Positions 29,560 to 39,824 of a DNA stretch of 64,000 nt are shown in pieces. The translations under genes were made by a program, and so were the position numbers. The notes under the pieces are model-generated. The model searched no databases. It had not been told where the DNA came from and worked only from the letters and a program-made list of their open reading frames with translations. This stretch comes from an uncultured bacterium (GTDB taxonomy: Bacteria; Omnitrophota; Omnitrophia; Omnitrophales; Aquincolibacteriaceae), in the NCBI GenBank assembly GCA_964562525.1, contig CAZLTL010000012.1, positions 15,985 to 79,984 of the forward strand. The letters run 5' to 3'. Positions within the stretch are counted from its first letter, which is position 1. Every line of letters begins with the position of its first letter.

Positions 29560-30333
29560 TTACCAGCCGCCAAGCTGAGAACGGACATGGCCGGCATAGC
29601 GCCGGGAAAGAGGAACTTTGGGGGCATCGGAGGTTTTAAGAATAATTTGATAATTCCCGCTAAAGAGAGGGCTGATTTTCTGAACGCGCGATAAGTTCAC
29701 AAGATAAGCTTTGTGGCATTGCGCAAATCCGCGGGATTCAAGCCCCTCAGCCAATTCTTTTAAAGTCAGACTCACGATAAAGTCTTGTCCTTTGATGTGC
29801 GCAAAAACCTCGGCTGATTCCGCGTGAAAAAAATCAATTTCAGCGGGGTCGAGAACCATTTTCTCTTTGGAATTCTTTTGCCTTGCGGCAATCTTCTGAA
29901 TCAATCCTTTCTTTAAAAAAGATCCTTCCAGCTTCCCTAGCCCGTTTTGTTTTTGGCCGGCAGAAAAATGAGTCTTGATTTTTTCGAGAGCTTTTTTGAG
30001 ACGGTCTTGACGGCAGGGCTTCAAAATATAGTCCAGAGCATTGGCTTCAAAAGCATCCACCGCATACTGATCAAAAGCCGTTGAAAAAACAACCCTGGGC
30101 GGTGAAGGATCTTGCGCGAGCTCAAGCGCGACTTCTATGCCGGTTAAAAAAGGCATATCAATATCCAGAAAAACAACATCCGGCTTTAAGCGGCGCGCGA
30201 GCTCAAGCGCTTGCTTACCATCGCTTGCTTGTCCGATGACTTCAAAGTCAGCCTCACTCGCGAGCATTCGCATCAGATCTTCGCGTGCCAACGATTCATC
30301 ATCAGCAAGGACCAATTTAATTTTTTGCATCAT
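29560..30333 (-). CDS. two-component response regulator, LytTR family (receiver + LytTR DNA-binding domain)
   Basis: 257 aa. Has a receiver domain (KLVLADDE..DIDMP) and a C-terminal LytTR domain. Confidence 0.85.
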   Translation of the reverse strand: MMQKIKLVLADDESLAREDLMRMLASEADFEVIGQASDGKQALELARRLKPDVVFLDIDMPFLTGIEVALELAQDPSPPRVVFSTAFDQYAVDAFEANALDYILKPCRQDRLKKALEKIKTHFSAGQKQNGLGKLEGSFLKKGLIQKIAARQKNSKEKMVLDPAEIDFFHAESAEVFAHIKGQDFIVSLTLKELAEGLESRGFAQCHKAYLVNLSRVQKISPLFSGNYQIILKTSDAPKVPLSRRYAGHVRSQLGGW

Positions 30334-31900
30334 CCCTCTCCATCGGCAATTTTAAAACCACGCGAGCTCCCGCAGCAGAAGACTCAAAAATGATTTCGGC
30401 TTTTTTTCCGAAAGTTTGACGCAATCTTTGCCGGATATTACCCAGTCCAATTCCCAGCCCCTCGCCCCGAACCGCTTCGCCTTTTTGCAAAGCAGCAAGT
30501 TTCTCAGGCTGTATCCCGGGACCGTTGTCCCGCACTGAAATTTCAACGTTATCTTCCGCTTCAATAATATCGATAGCAACCGTGCCTTGCTCTGTTTTTT
30601 TTCGAGCACCATACCGGATCGCGTTTTCAACCAAAGGCTGAACCAAAAGCGCGGGTATTTTTAAATCTCGGGAGCGGGATGACCATTGAAGATTTTTTTC
30701 TATTTTCAGGCTGTCACCAAACCGGGCTTTTTCCAAATCAAGGTAGGCATCCACAAAATCCATTTCTTCACTCAATGTAATTTGATCGCGCCCATGCTGC
30801 AATGAAAGCCTGAAAAAATCAGCCAGCTTTTCAATTAATCCTCGTGTTTGCGCCGCCGCCTCTCTTGAACTGACCGCCGCGATTGTATTTAAAGCATTAA
30901 AAAGAAAATGCGGCTTGATTTGGGTTTGAAGCAATAACAAGCGGCTTTGCAGCAACTCCTTTTCAGCGGCTTTTTGTTTTTCATCACGCAAAAGAACGAG
31001 TGCAACCGCGGTAAAAAGAATAATTCCGCAAGCCTCAGCAAAGCCGGTCCAGCCGGCGGCTAATAAAGCATATTCCCGCGGCCAATCCGGACCGATGAAA
31101 ACAACCGCAGCGTGCGTGGCTCCGGCAAAAATTCCGGCGAAGACAGACCAAAGCAGTCTCTTTCCGAAGCGTTTTGCTCCATAAAAGAAAACCGCTCCCA
31201 ATAAGCCTGAACCGATTAACGCCGCCGCAATCATCCAGCTCTGCGGCTGCAGAAGGAAGCGCATTACGGAAAAAATGACTCCGCAAACAAGTCCGGGCAA
31301 TAATCCGCCGGCAAACCCGGCACACGCCGCAAAAACAATTTGTAAATCAAAGTAACTGGAAGCCGCCGAGCCATAGCGAATGAGGTCATAAGTTCCGAAT
31401 AAAAAACCGGCTATGGTAAGCCAAAATACTGTCGGCCATTTTGCAAGTACCGCCACGGCACTTTCTTTTTTTCGGAAAAATGAAAGCTTTACGGAAATGA
31501 GCGCCAGAATCGCGATTAAGACAGAGCTGCGCAAAAGATCAAAAATAATCTCAAGCCATGCCTGACGCGGCCAAAACTGATCCGAATCAAAAGCAAGCTG
31601 ACTTTCAATTAAGTTTAAATCAAATCGGCATGACTTCAAAAGTTCAAATGCCAGAGCTTTATTTCCCTGCTCTTCAGCCGCAGAGGCCTGCTCTATTCGC
31701 GGAAAAATGAGCAGGGTATCATTGGTGGACTCAATATTCAATTTTTGCAATGTCTGTGAAATTTCCGTGCGCAAGCCTTCTAAATCAGCCTCCTGAGGAA
31801 AAGAAACCAGGACGGGAACAAATACAAGAACCGCGAAAAAAAAGAAGATTCGAAGAGTTTGAGGACGTCCGTTAAATTGCGGGTGAAGGTGTTTCAGCAT
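30317..31900 (-). CDS. LytS/YehU-family sensor histidine kinase
   Basis: 527 aa. Has an N-terminal signal/TM segment and an extracytoplasmic segment of about 100 aa, then a multi-TM 5TMR-LYT-like block, the His_kinase (PF06580-type) motif ..IKPHFLFNALNTIAAV.., and a HATPase_c domain (DNGPGI..GLGIGLGNIRQRL). Confidence 0.8.
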   Translation of the reverse strand: MLKHLHPQFNGRPQTLRIFFFFAVLVFVPVLVSFPQEADLEGLRTEISQTLQKLNIESTNDTLLIFPRIEQASAAEEQGNKALAFELLKSCRFDLNLIESQLAFDSDQFWPRQAWLEIIFDLLRSSVLIAILALISVKLSFFRKKESAVAVLAKWPTVFWLTIAGFLFGTYDLIRYGSAASSYFDLQIVFAACAGFAGGLLPGLVCGVIFSVMRFLLQPQSWMIAAALIGSGLLGAVFFYGAKRFGKRLLWSVFAGIFAGATHAAVVFIGPDWPREYALLAAGWTGFAEACGIILFTAVALVLLRDEKQKAAEKELLQSRLLLLQTQIKPHFLFNALNTIAAVSSREAAAQTRGLIEKLADFFRLSLQHGRDQITLSEEMDFVDAYLDLEKARFGDSLKIEKNLQWSSRSRDLKIPALLVQPLVENAIRYGARKKTEQGTVAIDIIEAEDNVEISVRDNGPGIQPEKLAALQKGEAVRGEGLGIGLGNIRQRLRQTFGKKAEIIFESSAAGARVVLKLPMERDDAKN

Positions 31901-32756
31901 TTTGTTGACGCAACATCATCGCACGCAAGCGGCTGAAACGCAAATCACGGGCCTTTTTTGAAACCGATAAATACCAGCTGCGGTAAATTGCGCGAGAAAC
32001 AGCCGGCGACTGAGAATCAATAGCCCCTTTACGCAGAATTTCCAAAACCTGCTCCATAACCTGTTCGCGCCGCTTCGATCTTTCCGGGGAATCAACCGTT
32101 TCTGCCTGCTGATCCAAGGAAGAATCCACGGACATCTCAGAACGATTTTGTTCATCACTTTCGTAATCCAAAAGATTCTGCAGCAAGTTTTCATTCTTAG
32201 GTAAAGCCGAATCATTGAGGCTCTCAGTCGGAGAAGCGGTCCTCTTTGCCGCTTGCTCAAAAAAAGAATTGATGACCGCGGTTACGGCTTTGATAACATT
32301 TTCATTAGCGCTATGCTTGGATGCAAAGCTCGTCAATCTTTCAAACTGCTTTTCCACAGCCTCATAATTCGCCGGAGAAGCGACATTAGAGTTCAAAACT
32401 TTATCGATGCTTTGCAAAGCAGATTCGGTATAGTTTAAGAAAGTTTGAGTTTCCTTTTCATTCAAACCAATACCGTCCAAAATCTCTTTCACGCGCGGGT
32501 CTTTTTTTTCATCTTCAATAATCACGACATCTCCGGGCAATGTGATAACCGCCGCATTTTCTAAACTGCGCTGTGGTAAAACATTGTTTTCAGATTGGGA
32601 ATCTGAAATATTCTCCGCGCTAATTACCGGCACAAAATTTCCGCTCCCTGGCCCGGCTTGCGTTGCAACGTCTTCTGCCCAAAGAGGCAGGGGCATCCCC
32701 GCAACAAGAAGAAGTAAGCCCAAAACGCATTGAATAAGTTTTTTATCTTTTTTCAT
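31872..32756 (-). CDS. secreted (signal-peptide) protein of unknown function, co-oriented with the LytS/LytTR genes
   Basis: Start is set at the internal ATG 32754-32756 (MKKDKKLIQCVLGLLLLVAGMPLPLWAED, a typical Sec signal). The rest is acidic/Ser-rich with no recognisable domain. Confidence 0.5.
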   Translation of the reverse strand: MKKDKKLIQCVLGLLLLVAGMPLPLWAEDVATQAGPGSGNFVPVISAENISDSQSENNVLPQRSLENAAVITLPGDVVIIEDEKKDPRVKEILDGIGLNEKETQTFLNYTESALQSIDKVLNSNVASPANYEAVEKQFERLTSFASKHSANENVIKAVTAVINSFFEQAAKRTASPTESLNDSALPKNENLLQNLLDYESDEQNRSEMSVDSSLDQQAETVDSPERSKRREQVMEQVLEILRKGAIDSQSPAVSRAIYRSWYLSVSKKARDLRFSRLRAMMLRQQNAETPSPAI

Positions 32757-32883
32757 AAGTATTCCGCTAGTTATAAAGATACTTGGTTCAAAGCACAGAA
32801 CCAAAATATTATTTATAGCATAAACATCCAAAACATAGCTTGATTGGCTTTTTCAGCTAAGTTTAAGGCAAAAAGAGCGCGGA

Positions 32884-34215
32884 CTAAAGCAAAGTTCCCT
32901 TGAGGACAAGCGCGGCGATCGAGAAGTAAATCACGATTCCAAAAACATCGACGAGCGTCGCAACAAAAGGCGCGGAAGCGCTGGCCGGATCAAAACCGAA
33001 CTTTTTCAGAATAAAAGGTAAGAGCGAACCAATCGCGGTTCCCCAGACGACAATTCCGATAAGACTCGCTGCAACGACAAAACCGATTAAAAAAGTATGT
33101 TCACCGTAAGAATGAAACAAATAACCGGCGGTCAAAATACGTAGCAACCCTAAAAGCGCGAGAATCAAACCCAGCCCCAGCCCGATTAATATTTCACGCT
33201 GAACAATGCGCCACCAGTCCCGCAGCTGAAATTCTCCCAGCGCCATCGCGCGGATCACCAGCGTCGCGGCCTGCGAGCCGGAGTTTCCGCCGCTTGAGAT
33301 AATCAGCGGGACAAACAGCGCCAGCACCACAGCCTGCGCAATCTCATGTTCAAAAAAAGCCATCGCGGTCGCGGTGAGCATGCTGCCAAAAAAAAGAACC
33401 ACAAGCCAGACACCGCGTTTCTTAAGCATTTCCCAAAAACCAATTTGCATGTAAGGCTTATCCAAAGCCTCCATACCGCCCAACTTTTGAATATCTTCGG
33501 TGGCTTCATCCTGAACCGCGTGCAAAATGTCATCCGCGGTGATAATACCTTTGAGACGGTGAAAGTCGTCCACAACCGGAAGCGCAAAAAATTTCCTCTG
33601 AGAAAAAATTTTCGCTACGGCTTCTTGATCTTGGTTTTCAGTAACCGTGGTAACTTCAACCTTCATGATGTCGCGCACTTTTTTATCCGGGGTAGCTTTG
33701 AATAAATCACGGAAAGAAACCACGCCCAAAAGTTTTTGAGCCTCGTCCAAGACATAAACGTAATAAATGTTTTCTAAATGCTTTTGAACCTGAAGACGCA
33801 AATAACGTATCGCTTCATCCGCGGTTAAATCGGGCGGCACGCGCGCGAAATGCGGGTTCATCAGTCCGCCCGCGACATCCTGCTTATAAGTCAGCAATAC
33901 ATTCACTTCACGCCGATTCTGATCATCCAATAAATTAAGCAACACGCTTCGTTCTTCATCGGGAGAATGTTGAATTAAATCAGCGGCATCGTCCGGCGCC
34001 AAAAGCCTCAGCCAAAGCCGTTTCTCACCCTCGGGTAAGCGGCGGATAATTTGCGCACGGTCATCCACGGAAATCTTAAGAAAAAAATCCTGCGCTTCTT
34101 CACGGCCGATTAGGGAAAAAGCTTCCGCCCGCTCATCGGCGGAAAGCACCGACCAGGTATCTTCAATTTCACTTTCACTGAGTTTTTCTGCGGGATCAAA
34201 ATTCATAAGCGGCAT
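32884..34215 (-). CDS. mgtE: magnesium transporter MgtE
   Basis: 443 aa. Has the MgtE N-domain, tandem CBS domains and a C-terminal 5-TM pore domain (..PLIISSGGNSGSQAATLVIRA..). Confidence 0.85.
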   Translation of the reverse strand: MPLMNFDPAEKLSESEIEDTWSVLSADERAEAFSLIGREEAQDFFLKISVDDRAQIIRRLPEGEKRLWLRLLAPDDAADLIQHSPDEERSVLLNLLDDQNRREVNVLLTYKQDVAGGLMNPHFARVPPDLTADEAIRYLRLQVQKHLENIYYVYVLDEAQKLLGVVSFRDLFKATPDKKVRDIMKVEVTTVTENQDQEAVAKIFSQRKFFALPVVDDFHRLKGIITADDILHAVQDEATEDIQKLGGMEALDKPYMQIGFWEMLKKRGVWLVVLFFGSMLTATAMAFFEHEIAQAVVLALFVPLIISSGGNSGSQAATLVIRAMALGEFQLRDWWRIVQREILIGLGLGLILALLGLLRILTAGYLFHSYGEHTFLIGFVVAASLIGIVVWGTAIGSLLPFILKKFGFDPASASAPFVATLVDVFGIVIYFSIAALVLKGTLL

Positions 34216-34330
34216 TTTAATCTATCCAAACACCACTATCCACCTTTCACTTTAAAAATGAGGTTTTAAATCGGCGCATTTTTGGTTAGGCTATGCGTCA
34301 TTGCAATCTTATTTATCAAAGGAGAAAACC

Positions 34331-34714
34331 ATGAGCAGACAAAATATTTCTACGGGCGGAAAATGGGAGCCGATTATCGGTTATTCCCGCGCGGTCAAAA
34401 TCGGCAACCTCGTGCATGTTTCAGGCACAACCGCATCTTCACCGGATGGGCTTGTAGGCAAAGGTGATCCTTACGCGCAAACCGTTCAAACCCTCAAAAA
34501 CATCGAATCCGCTTTAAAGCAAGCCGGCGCGAAGTTAACCGACGTTGTTCGTACACGCATGTACCTGAAGGATATTTCACAATGGGAACAAGTCGGAAAA
34601 GCTCACGGCGAATTTTTTGCGGCCGCGCGTCCCGCGACCACCATGGTTGAAGTCAGCAAACTCATTGACCCGGATATGCTGATTGAAATTGAGGCCGAAG
34701 CAATCATCGGCTGA
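34331..34714 (+). CDS. ridA: RidA/YjgF/TdcF-family reactive-intermediate deaminase
   Basis: The ORF-track start (34301) is a TTG. The ATG at 34331 has an AAGGAG Shine-Dalgarno upstream. The 127-aa product has the Rid-family fold signature (..[20 protein letters not shown]..). Confidence 0.8.
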   Translation: MSRQNISTGGKWEPIIGYSRAVKIGNLVHVSGTTASSPDGLVGKGDPYAQTVQTLKNIESALKQAGAKLTDVVRTRMYLKDISQWEQVGKAHGEFFAAARPATTMVEVSKLIDPDMLIEIEAEAIIG

Positions 34715-34718
34715 TTTT

Positions 34719-35039
34719 ATGGCGTGGCTTTTTTTGCTTGGCGCGGGCATTCTCGAAATCGCTTGGGCCGTCGGACTCAAATATACCGAAGGTTTTACAA
34801 AGTGGCTGCCGTCGCTGATTGTTATCACTCTTATGGCTGTCAGCTTCTGGATGCTTGCCCAAGCCGCTAAAACAATTCCTATCGGTACTGCTTATGCGGT
34901 TTGGGGCGGCATCGGTACGGCAGGAACTGCGATTGTCGGTATTTTCTTTTTGAATGAACCTGCTCATGCGCTGCGCATTGCCTGTATCAGCTTAATTCTG
35001 CTAGGGGCGGCAGGTTTAAAACTGCTGCCTTCATCTTAA
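34719..35039 (+). CDS. sugE: SMR-family Gdx/SugE guanidinium (quaternary ammonium) exporter
   Basis: The ATG at 34719 gives a 106-aa 4-TM protein MAWLFLLGAGILEIAWAVGLKYTEGFT.. that is highly similar to E. coli SugE/Gdx. It sits 5 nt after the ridA stop. Confidence 0.8.
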   Translation: MAWLFLLGAGILEIAWAVGLKYTEGFTKWLPSLIVITLMAVSFWMLAQAAKTIPIGTAYAVWGGIGTAGTAIVGIFFLNEPAHALRIACISLILLGAAGLKLLPSS

Positions 35040-35137
35040 CCCGGTTTCTATTACAGAAAAGCAGATAAAGGCCGAAAATAGGGCTTAGGCTTCTGAGTTA
35101 GCAGGAAACACTTTAATAGGGTAAACTTATTCCAACA

Positions 35138-36730
35138 ATGAATCAGCCCACTCCCAAAAAGCGGGATCTCGCCATGCTGGTCGATCACCAGCAGACTTCT
35201 TTTTTTAAACATCGCCCTTCGCTTTTAATATTAGGTATCAGTCTGCTGGTAACGGTATTAACTTTTATGAAAATGCAGGAGCTTGAAAAAGCTCGTCTGC
35301 AAAATGAATTTGAACGCATATCCAACAACATCGTCGTCACTCTCAAAGACTCGATTGAAAGCAACCTTGAGGTCCTGAACGAACTGAGCGGGCTTTATGT
35401 GGCAAGCGATTCGGTTGAACGTTCCGAATTCAAACAATTTGCCGATCATATTTTCGGACGACGCCCCGATATTTATATGCTCGGCTGGTCTCCGAGGGTT
35501 GCGCATGAAGATTTACCAAAACTGATTCAGTCCGCCAATAACGACGCTATTTCTGATTACACAATCAAACAATATGATCATCGCGGACTCATGGTTCCCG
35601 CTCAGGAGCGCGAAGAATATTTTCCGGTTCTTTACGTTGAGCCGCTCGAACGCAACAGACATGTTTTGGGACTAGATGAAGCTTCTTACGCCATCACGCA
35701 GCCCGCGATCAGAAAGGCTCTTGAAACAGGCCGGCCCGCGGCAACGATCGTCATGAATTTGCCGCAATTTGAAAATGAGCCGGCGGCTTCGCGCAACGGC
35801 TTTCAGGTGTTCGCCCCGATCTATGAAAAAAATGCCGAGCTTCTCTCATTTGAGGATCGAAAAAAAAATCTGCGCGGTTATGCCGTAGCGGCTTTTCATA
35901 TTCGTAAAATGTTGGAATCCGTTCTCAGAAATTTTAAAACTTCGGAGTTGGAGCTTCGAATTTACGCTCAAGCCGTAAGAAACAAAGAAAAACTCATCTA
36001 CACTTACAACCCGCAGTCGGAGGGCAAAGCCGAAGACAGCTGGCAAGTTGAGTCTGAAATCAAAGTCGCGGGACATTATTGGAAAGTCGTTTGCACGAGT
36101 ACAAAAATATTCAAAAAAAATCATTACCGCTGGGAAGCTCCCGCGGTTTTCGTCATCGGTGTTTTGCTAGGATTTTTACTGGCCATTTATATTTTCTCTT
36201 TTGAGCGCAATCGCATTCGGGAAATTATGGTGGCGTTATCGCTGACCGACGAACTCACCCAGCTTTACAACCGCCGCGGTCTTTGGCTGCTCGCGGATGA
36301 GCAAATCCGACTCTCTCTGCGGCACAAGCGGGGCTTTTGGCTGTTCGTGCTGGATATGGATGAGCTGAAAAAAGTCAATGACACCATGGGTCACCCCGAA
36401 GGCGACCGCGCCATCAAGAGGCTTTCCCAGCTATTACAGAACACATTCCGCAAATCGGACATTATTTCGCGTATTGGGGGCGATGAATTTGCTGTTGTGG
36501 CTCTTGAAGCCGCGCAAACCAGCTTGCCGGACCTTTTAGAACATTTTCAAACGCAGCTTAAAAAAAATAACGCCTCAAAAGAATACGACTATAAATTACG
36601 CGTCAGTGTTGGTTCAGCCTATTTTGACCCAACGAATCCTTGCTCAATCGACGAGCTCATCGCCCGCGCCGACAAAGAACTCTACGCGCAAAAGACACTG
36701 CACCGCGCACAAAAAACAACAGCAAATTAA
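35138..36730 (+). CDS. CHASE-domain sensor diguanylate cyclase (GGDEF)
   Basis: 530 aa. Has a TM segment, a periplasmic CHASE domain, a second TM segment, and a GGDEF domain with an intact RIGGDEF active site. Confidence 0.8.
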   Translation: MNQPTPKKRDLAMLVDHQQTSFFKHRPSLLILGISLLVTVLTFMKMQELEKARLQNEFERISNNIVVTLKDSIESNLEVLNELSGLYVASDSVERSEFKQFADHIFGRRPDIYMLGWSPRVAHEDLPKLIQSANNDAISDYTIKQYDHRGLMVPAQEREEYFPVLYVEPLERNRHVLGLDEASYAITQPAIRKALETGRPAATIVMNLPQFENEPAASRNGFQVFAPIYEKNAELLSFEDRKKNLRGYAVAAFHIRKMLESVLRNFKTSELELRIYAQAVRNKEKLIYTYNPQSEGKAEDSWQVESEIKVAGHYWKVVCTSTKIFKKNHYRWEAPAVFVIGVLLGFLLAIYIFSFERNRIREIMVALSLTDELTQLYNRRGLWLLADEQIRLSLRHKRGFWLFVLDMDELKKVNDTMGHPEGDRAIKRLSQLLQNTFRKSDIISRIGGDEFAVVALEAAQTSLPDLLEHFQTQLKKNNASKEYDYKLRVSVGSAYFDPTNPCSIDELIARADKELYAQKTLHRAQKTTAN

Positions 36731-36750
36731 TTCTGCAATCAAAGGTCCGT

Positions 36751-37560
36751 ATGAATTTAAAAATAATCTGCCTTGGTTTTATTTTGGCTTTTCCAGCAAC
36801 CCCTGCTCTTTCCGCGCTCAACGTTGAGAAACTTACTGATCAAGACGCGCGAACGGTGGATTCCTTTTTGGAAAAATTAACGCCGCTAATTGAAAAGAAA
36901 AAGGCGCAAAGCAACGCCAACTTGCTTACGTTTGACGAACTGTATGCTCCGCTCAATAAAAATGAAAAGAAGTTGCTAAAAAAAATTCAACACCTTAAAC
37001 CTCATCAACTCAAGGTCAAGACTCCACGGCAAAAACAAGAAAGAAACGCCAAGCCTTTCATCGAAGTTACGGGACAAAAAATCAGATTAAACGGAGAGCG
37101 CACATCTCTGCCGCCCCAAGCTGTTTCTCCGGAAGCCTATGAAGCTTACGAAAAAATGATGCAAGCGATGGAAAAAGATATCGGAAAAAGACTTTATATT
37201 GAATCGGCGCATCGCGGCAAACCTTATCATCTTTACAATTTCATCAAGTACCTTCGTGAGCACGGCTACTCCTTGATTGAAACCGCAAAGCTGAATGCTT
37301 TGCCGGGTTACAGCGAACACAACTTGCTGACTTATCACGCGATTGATTTGATTAACGAGGAAGGCATTAACGGCGAACCGAATGTAAAAGACTACGAAGC
37401 TTTGCCGGAATATCAGTGGATGCTGAAGAACGCGCAGAAATACGGATTTACGCTTTCCTATCCGCGCGGAAATCCTTACGGAATTTCATTTGAACCTTGG
37501 CATTGGCGCTATCATCCCGGGCTCGCGAAAAAGATGCGGACAGAAAAAAAGCCCGGTTAA
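36751..37560 (+). CDS. secreted peptidase M15 family D-Ala-D-Ala carboxypeptidase (VanY-like)
   Basis: The start at 36751 (MNLKIICLGFILAFPATPALSA, a signal peptide) avoids overlap with the upstream gene. The C-terminal half carries the zinc-ligand motifs SAHR...HAIDL...EPWHWRY. Confidence 0.75.
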   Translation: MNLKIICLGFILAFPATPALSALNVEKLTDQDARTVDSFLEKLTPLIEKKKAQSNANLLTFDELYAPLNKNEKKLLKKIQHLKPHQLKVKTPRQKQERNAKPFIEVTGQKIRLNGERTSLPPQAVSPEAYEAYEKMMQAMEKDIGKRLYIESAHRGKPYHLYNFIKYLREHGYSLIETAKLNALPGYSEHNLLTYHAIDLINEEGINGEPNVKDYEALPEYQWMLKNAQKYGFTLSYPRGNPYGISFEPWHWRYHPGLAKKMRTEKKPG

Positions 37561-37785
37561 AAGTAACCGGGCTTAAAATCACTTGATCGGAAAATTAATT
37601 TCCGACGTAAGAAATAAAATGTCTGTACAAAAAAGCGATTACGACGAAAAACAAAGTAATTTGAAATATTTTTTGGATGCTCATACGGCCTCCCGTGTTA
37701 TCTTTCTACGTCAATTTTAGGTAAAGCCTTAACAAAGAAATAGTTATTTAATGTTTTATAAAAAGCTTTCAATTAAAAAGCCCTT

Positions 37786-38970
37786 ATGAAAAGGTTTTTT
37801 CGAGGTCTTTCGACCAATGTCATCGTCTTTGGTTTTGTCAGCTTTTTGACGGATGTTTCTGCCGAAATGATTTATCCTCTCTTACCTCTCTTTTTAACCC
37901 AAACACTCGGCGCCAGCGCGCTTTTCCTCGGCCTAATCGAAGGGTTCGCCGAATCCACCTGTTCTTTTCTTAAACTTTATTCGGGCATTCACGCCGACCG
38001 TACTCGCGACCGCAGCAAAATGGTTTTATTCGGCTATACGCTCTCATCTTTTTCACGTCCCCTCATGGCACTGGCACAAAGCCCGTGGACGGTGATGCTG
38101 ATCCGCGCCATTGACCGAACGGGCAAAGGATTGCGCACATCTCCTCGTGACGCCTTAATTGCTGACGCCACTGCCGCCGAACATCAAGGCCGCGCTTTTG
38201 GATATCAACGCTCGATGGACAACGCGGGTTCCGTTGTCGGCCCGCTCATTTCAGCCGTTCTTTTGGCTTATTTCATCCAAGACCTCCGAATTATTTTTTG
38301 GCTGGCAGCCATCCCGGGAACAGCCGCTATCGCACTTATTCTTTGGAAAGTCCGCGAAACACATCAACGTGAGCCTGCTGTTTTCAAAAAATTTTCATGG
38401 TCCTTACCGCAGGGAAAATTACGCCACTATTTAGTCATTTTATTTGTCTTTATTCTCAGCAACTCTTCTGATGCTTTTTTACTGCTGCACGCGCAAGCCT
38501 GCGGCGTACCCACCGCGCAAATTCCTCTGCTTTGGGTTGCGCTGCACATCATTAAAAGCTCCACGATTCTGCCGCTCGGAATTCTTTCCGATAAAATCGG
38601 ACGGCGGCATTTGATTTTATTGGGGTGGATTATTTACGCGGCGGTTTACGTTTTATTCGGGTACGCTCAATCCCCTTCGCAGATTTGGGTGATCTTTATG
38701 GTTTACGGCCTTTTCTCCGGATTAACAGAAGGGACGGAGCGCGCTTTCTTGGCTGACATCACAACTGAGGGCGAACGCGGACAAGCGTATGGGTGGTACA
38801 ACTTTATCGTGGGAATTGCCGCGCTTCCGGCAAGTTTGCTCTTCGGCTTGATATGGAAGCTGGGAGGTTCTCAGCTTGCCTTCCACATTGATGCAGCGCT
38901 TTGTTTAACCGCGGCATTAATGTTTGCTTTTTATATCCGCCGCTACGCGCCGTCTCACATCAAAAAATAA
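37786..38970 (+). CDS. MFS transporter
   Basis: 394 aa with 12 predicted TM segments and an MFS-type loop between TM2 and TM3 (..DRTGKGLRTSPRDALIAD..). Confidence 0.8.
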   Translation: MKRFFRGLSTNVIVFGFVSFLTDVSAEMIYPLLPLFLTQTLGASALFLGLIEGFAESTCSFLKLYSGIHADRTRDRSKMVLFGYTLSSFSRPLMALAQSPWTVMLIRAIDRTGKGLRTSPRDALIADATAAEHQGRAFGYQRSMDNAGSVVGPLISAVLLAYFIQDLRIIFWLAAIPGTAAIALILWKVRETHQREPAVFKKFSWSLPQGKLRHYLVILFVFILSNSSDAFLLLHAQACGVPTAQIPLLWVALHIIKSSTILPLGILSDKIGRRHLILLGWIIYAAVYVLFGYAQSPSQIWVIFMVYGLFSGLTEGTERAFLADITTEGERGQAYGWYNFIVGIAALPASLLFGLIWKLGGSQLAFHIDAALCLTAALMFAFYIRRYAPSHIKK

Positions 38971-38976
38971 CGCTTC

Positions 38977-39792
38977 TTATTTCTTTTGAAGGCTTGAAAT
39001 AACGCTAACGCCAAGCAAGATAAGCGCTAAAGTACAAACCACACTGGCGCCCGTCGGGAAATCACCGAAATACGATAGCGCCATTCCTAAAAAACTGCCC
39101 AGCAAACCCACTGCCCAACCGATCAAAAGCCGCGCACGCACGGTTTGCGCGTAAAGCACCGCCACGGAAGCAGGGATTACAAGCAGTGAAAAAACGAGTA
39201 ATACTCCGGCGATTCGCACGGAGCTGGTCACAACTAAGCCAAACGAAGCATAAAAAAGAAAATCCCAAAGGCGAATATTCCATCTACGCTCAGCAGCTTC
39301 ATGCGGTTTTTGGGAAATCAGCAGAAATTTATTGCGAAAAATAAAGTGAAATACACCAACCGCAATATAAAGCGCTAACATTTTAAAAACTTCGCCGGGC
39401 TGGACCAAAAGAACATTGCCGACCAGCGCTTCACGAATATGCTCATCACCCTCTCCCGAACGGCTCAAAAATAAAACCATCAAAGAAGCCGCCACGGCGT
39501 AAGTGATTCCGATCATGGCTTCTTGAGATACTTTCTGCTCTCTCACTCGCAAGAGAGAAAAAACAGCCGCGCCGATTAAAGTGCAAGCCAGAGAAAGCCA
39601 ATAAGACTCAGGTCCATCATGAGCATATCCCGCCACTAGCGCCGCCGCGCATCCCAAAGCTGCGATTTGTGCTAAAGCCAAATCCACAAAAATGACTTGC
39701 CGCTCAAGAACATGCAGTCCCAAGTAGCAATGAATGCCGGCCAATACCAAGCACGCGGCGAAAGGCCAAATCATCATTTGAAAAAATTCCAT
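38977..39792 (-). CDS. metal ABC transporter permease (ABC-3 / ZnuB-MntB-TroCD family)
   Basis: 271 aa polytopic membrane protein, immediately downstream of the TroA-like binding-protein gene. Confidence 0.8.
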   Translation of the reverse strand: MEFFQMMIWPFAACLVLAGIHCYLGLHVLERQVIFVDLALAQIAALGCAAALVAGYAHDGPESYWLSLACTLIGAAVFSLLRVREQKVSQEAMIGITYAVAASLMVLFLSRSGEGDEHIREALVGNVLLVQPGEVFKMLALYIAVGVFHFIFRNKFLLISQKPHEAAERRWNIRLWDFLFYASFGLVVTSSVRIAGVLLVFSLLVIPASVAVLYAQTVRARLLIGWAVGLLGSFLGMALSYFGDFPTGASVVCTLALILLGVSVISSLQKK

Positions 39793-39824
39793 TGTTTTCC
39801 CTCGTTACGATCGCAATATAAAAG

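Noticed and set aside
34216-34330. Mg2+ (M-box) riboswitch for mgtE, or a guanidine riboswitch for ridA-sugE
   Set aside because: The gap is about 115 nt with no ACGR-loop hairpin pair and no ACCCGG-type ykkC core. It is too short for an M-box. mgtE is also read on the other strand from here.
37545-37580. Terminator hairpin AAGCCCGGTTAAAAGTAACCGGGCTT after the M15 peptidase gene
   Set aside because: The stem is good, but the U-run lies on the minus-strand side (TTTTTTT), where no gene ends. It is probably a weak bidirectional terminator and is not listed as a confident feature.
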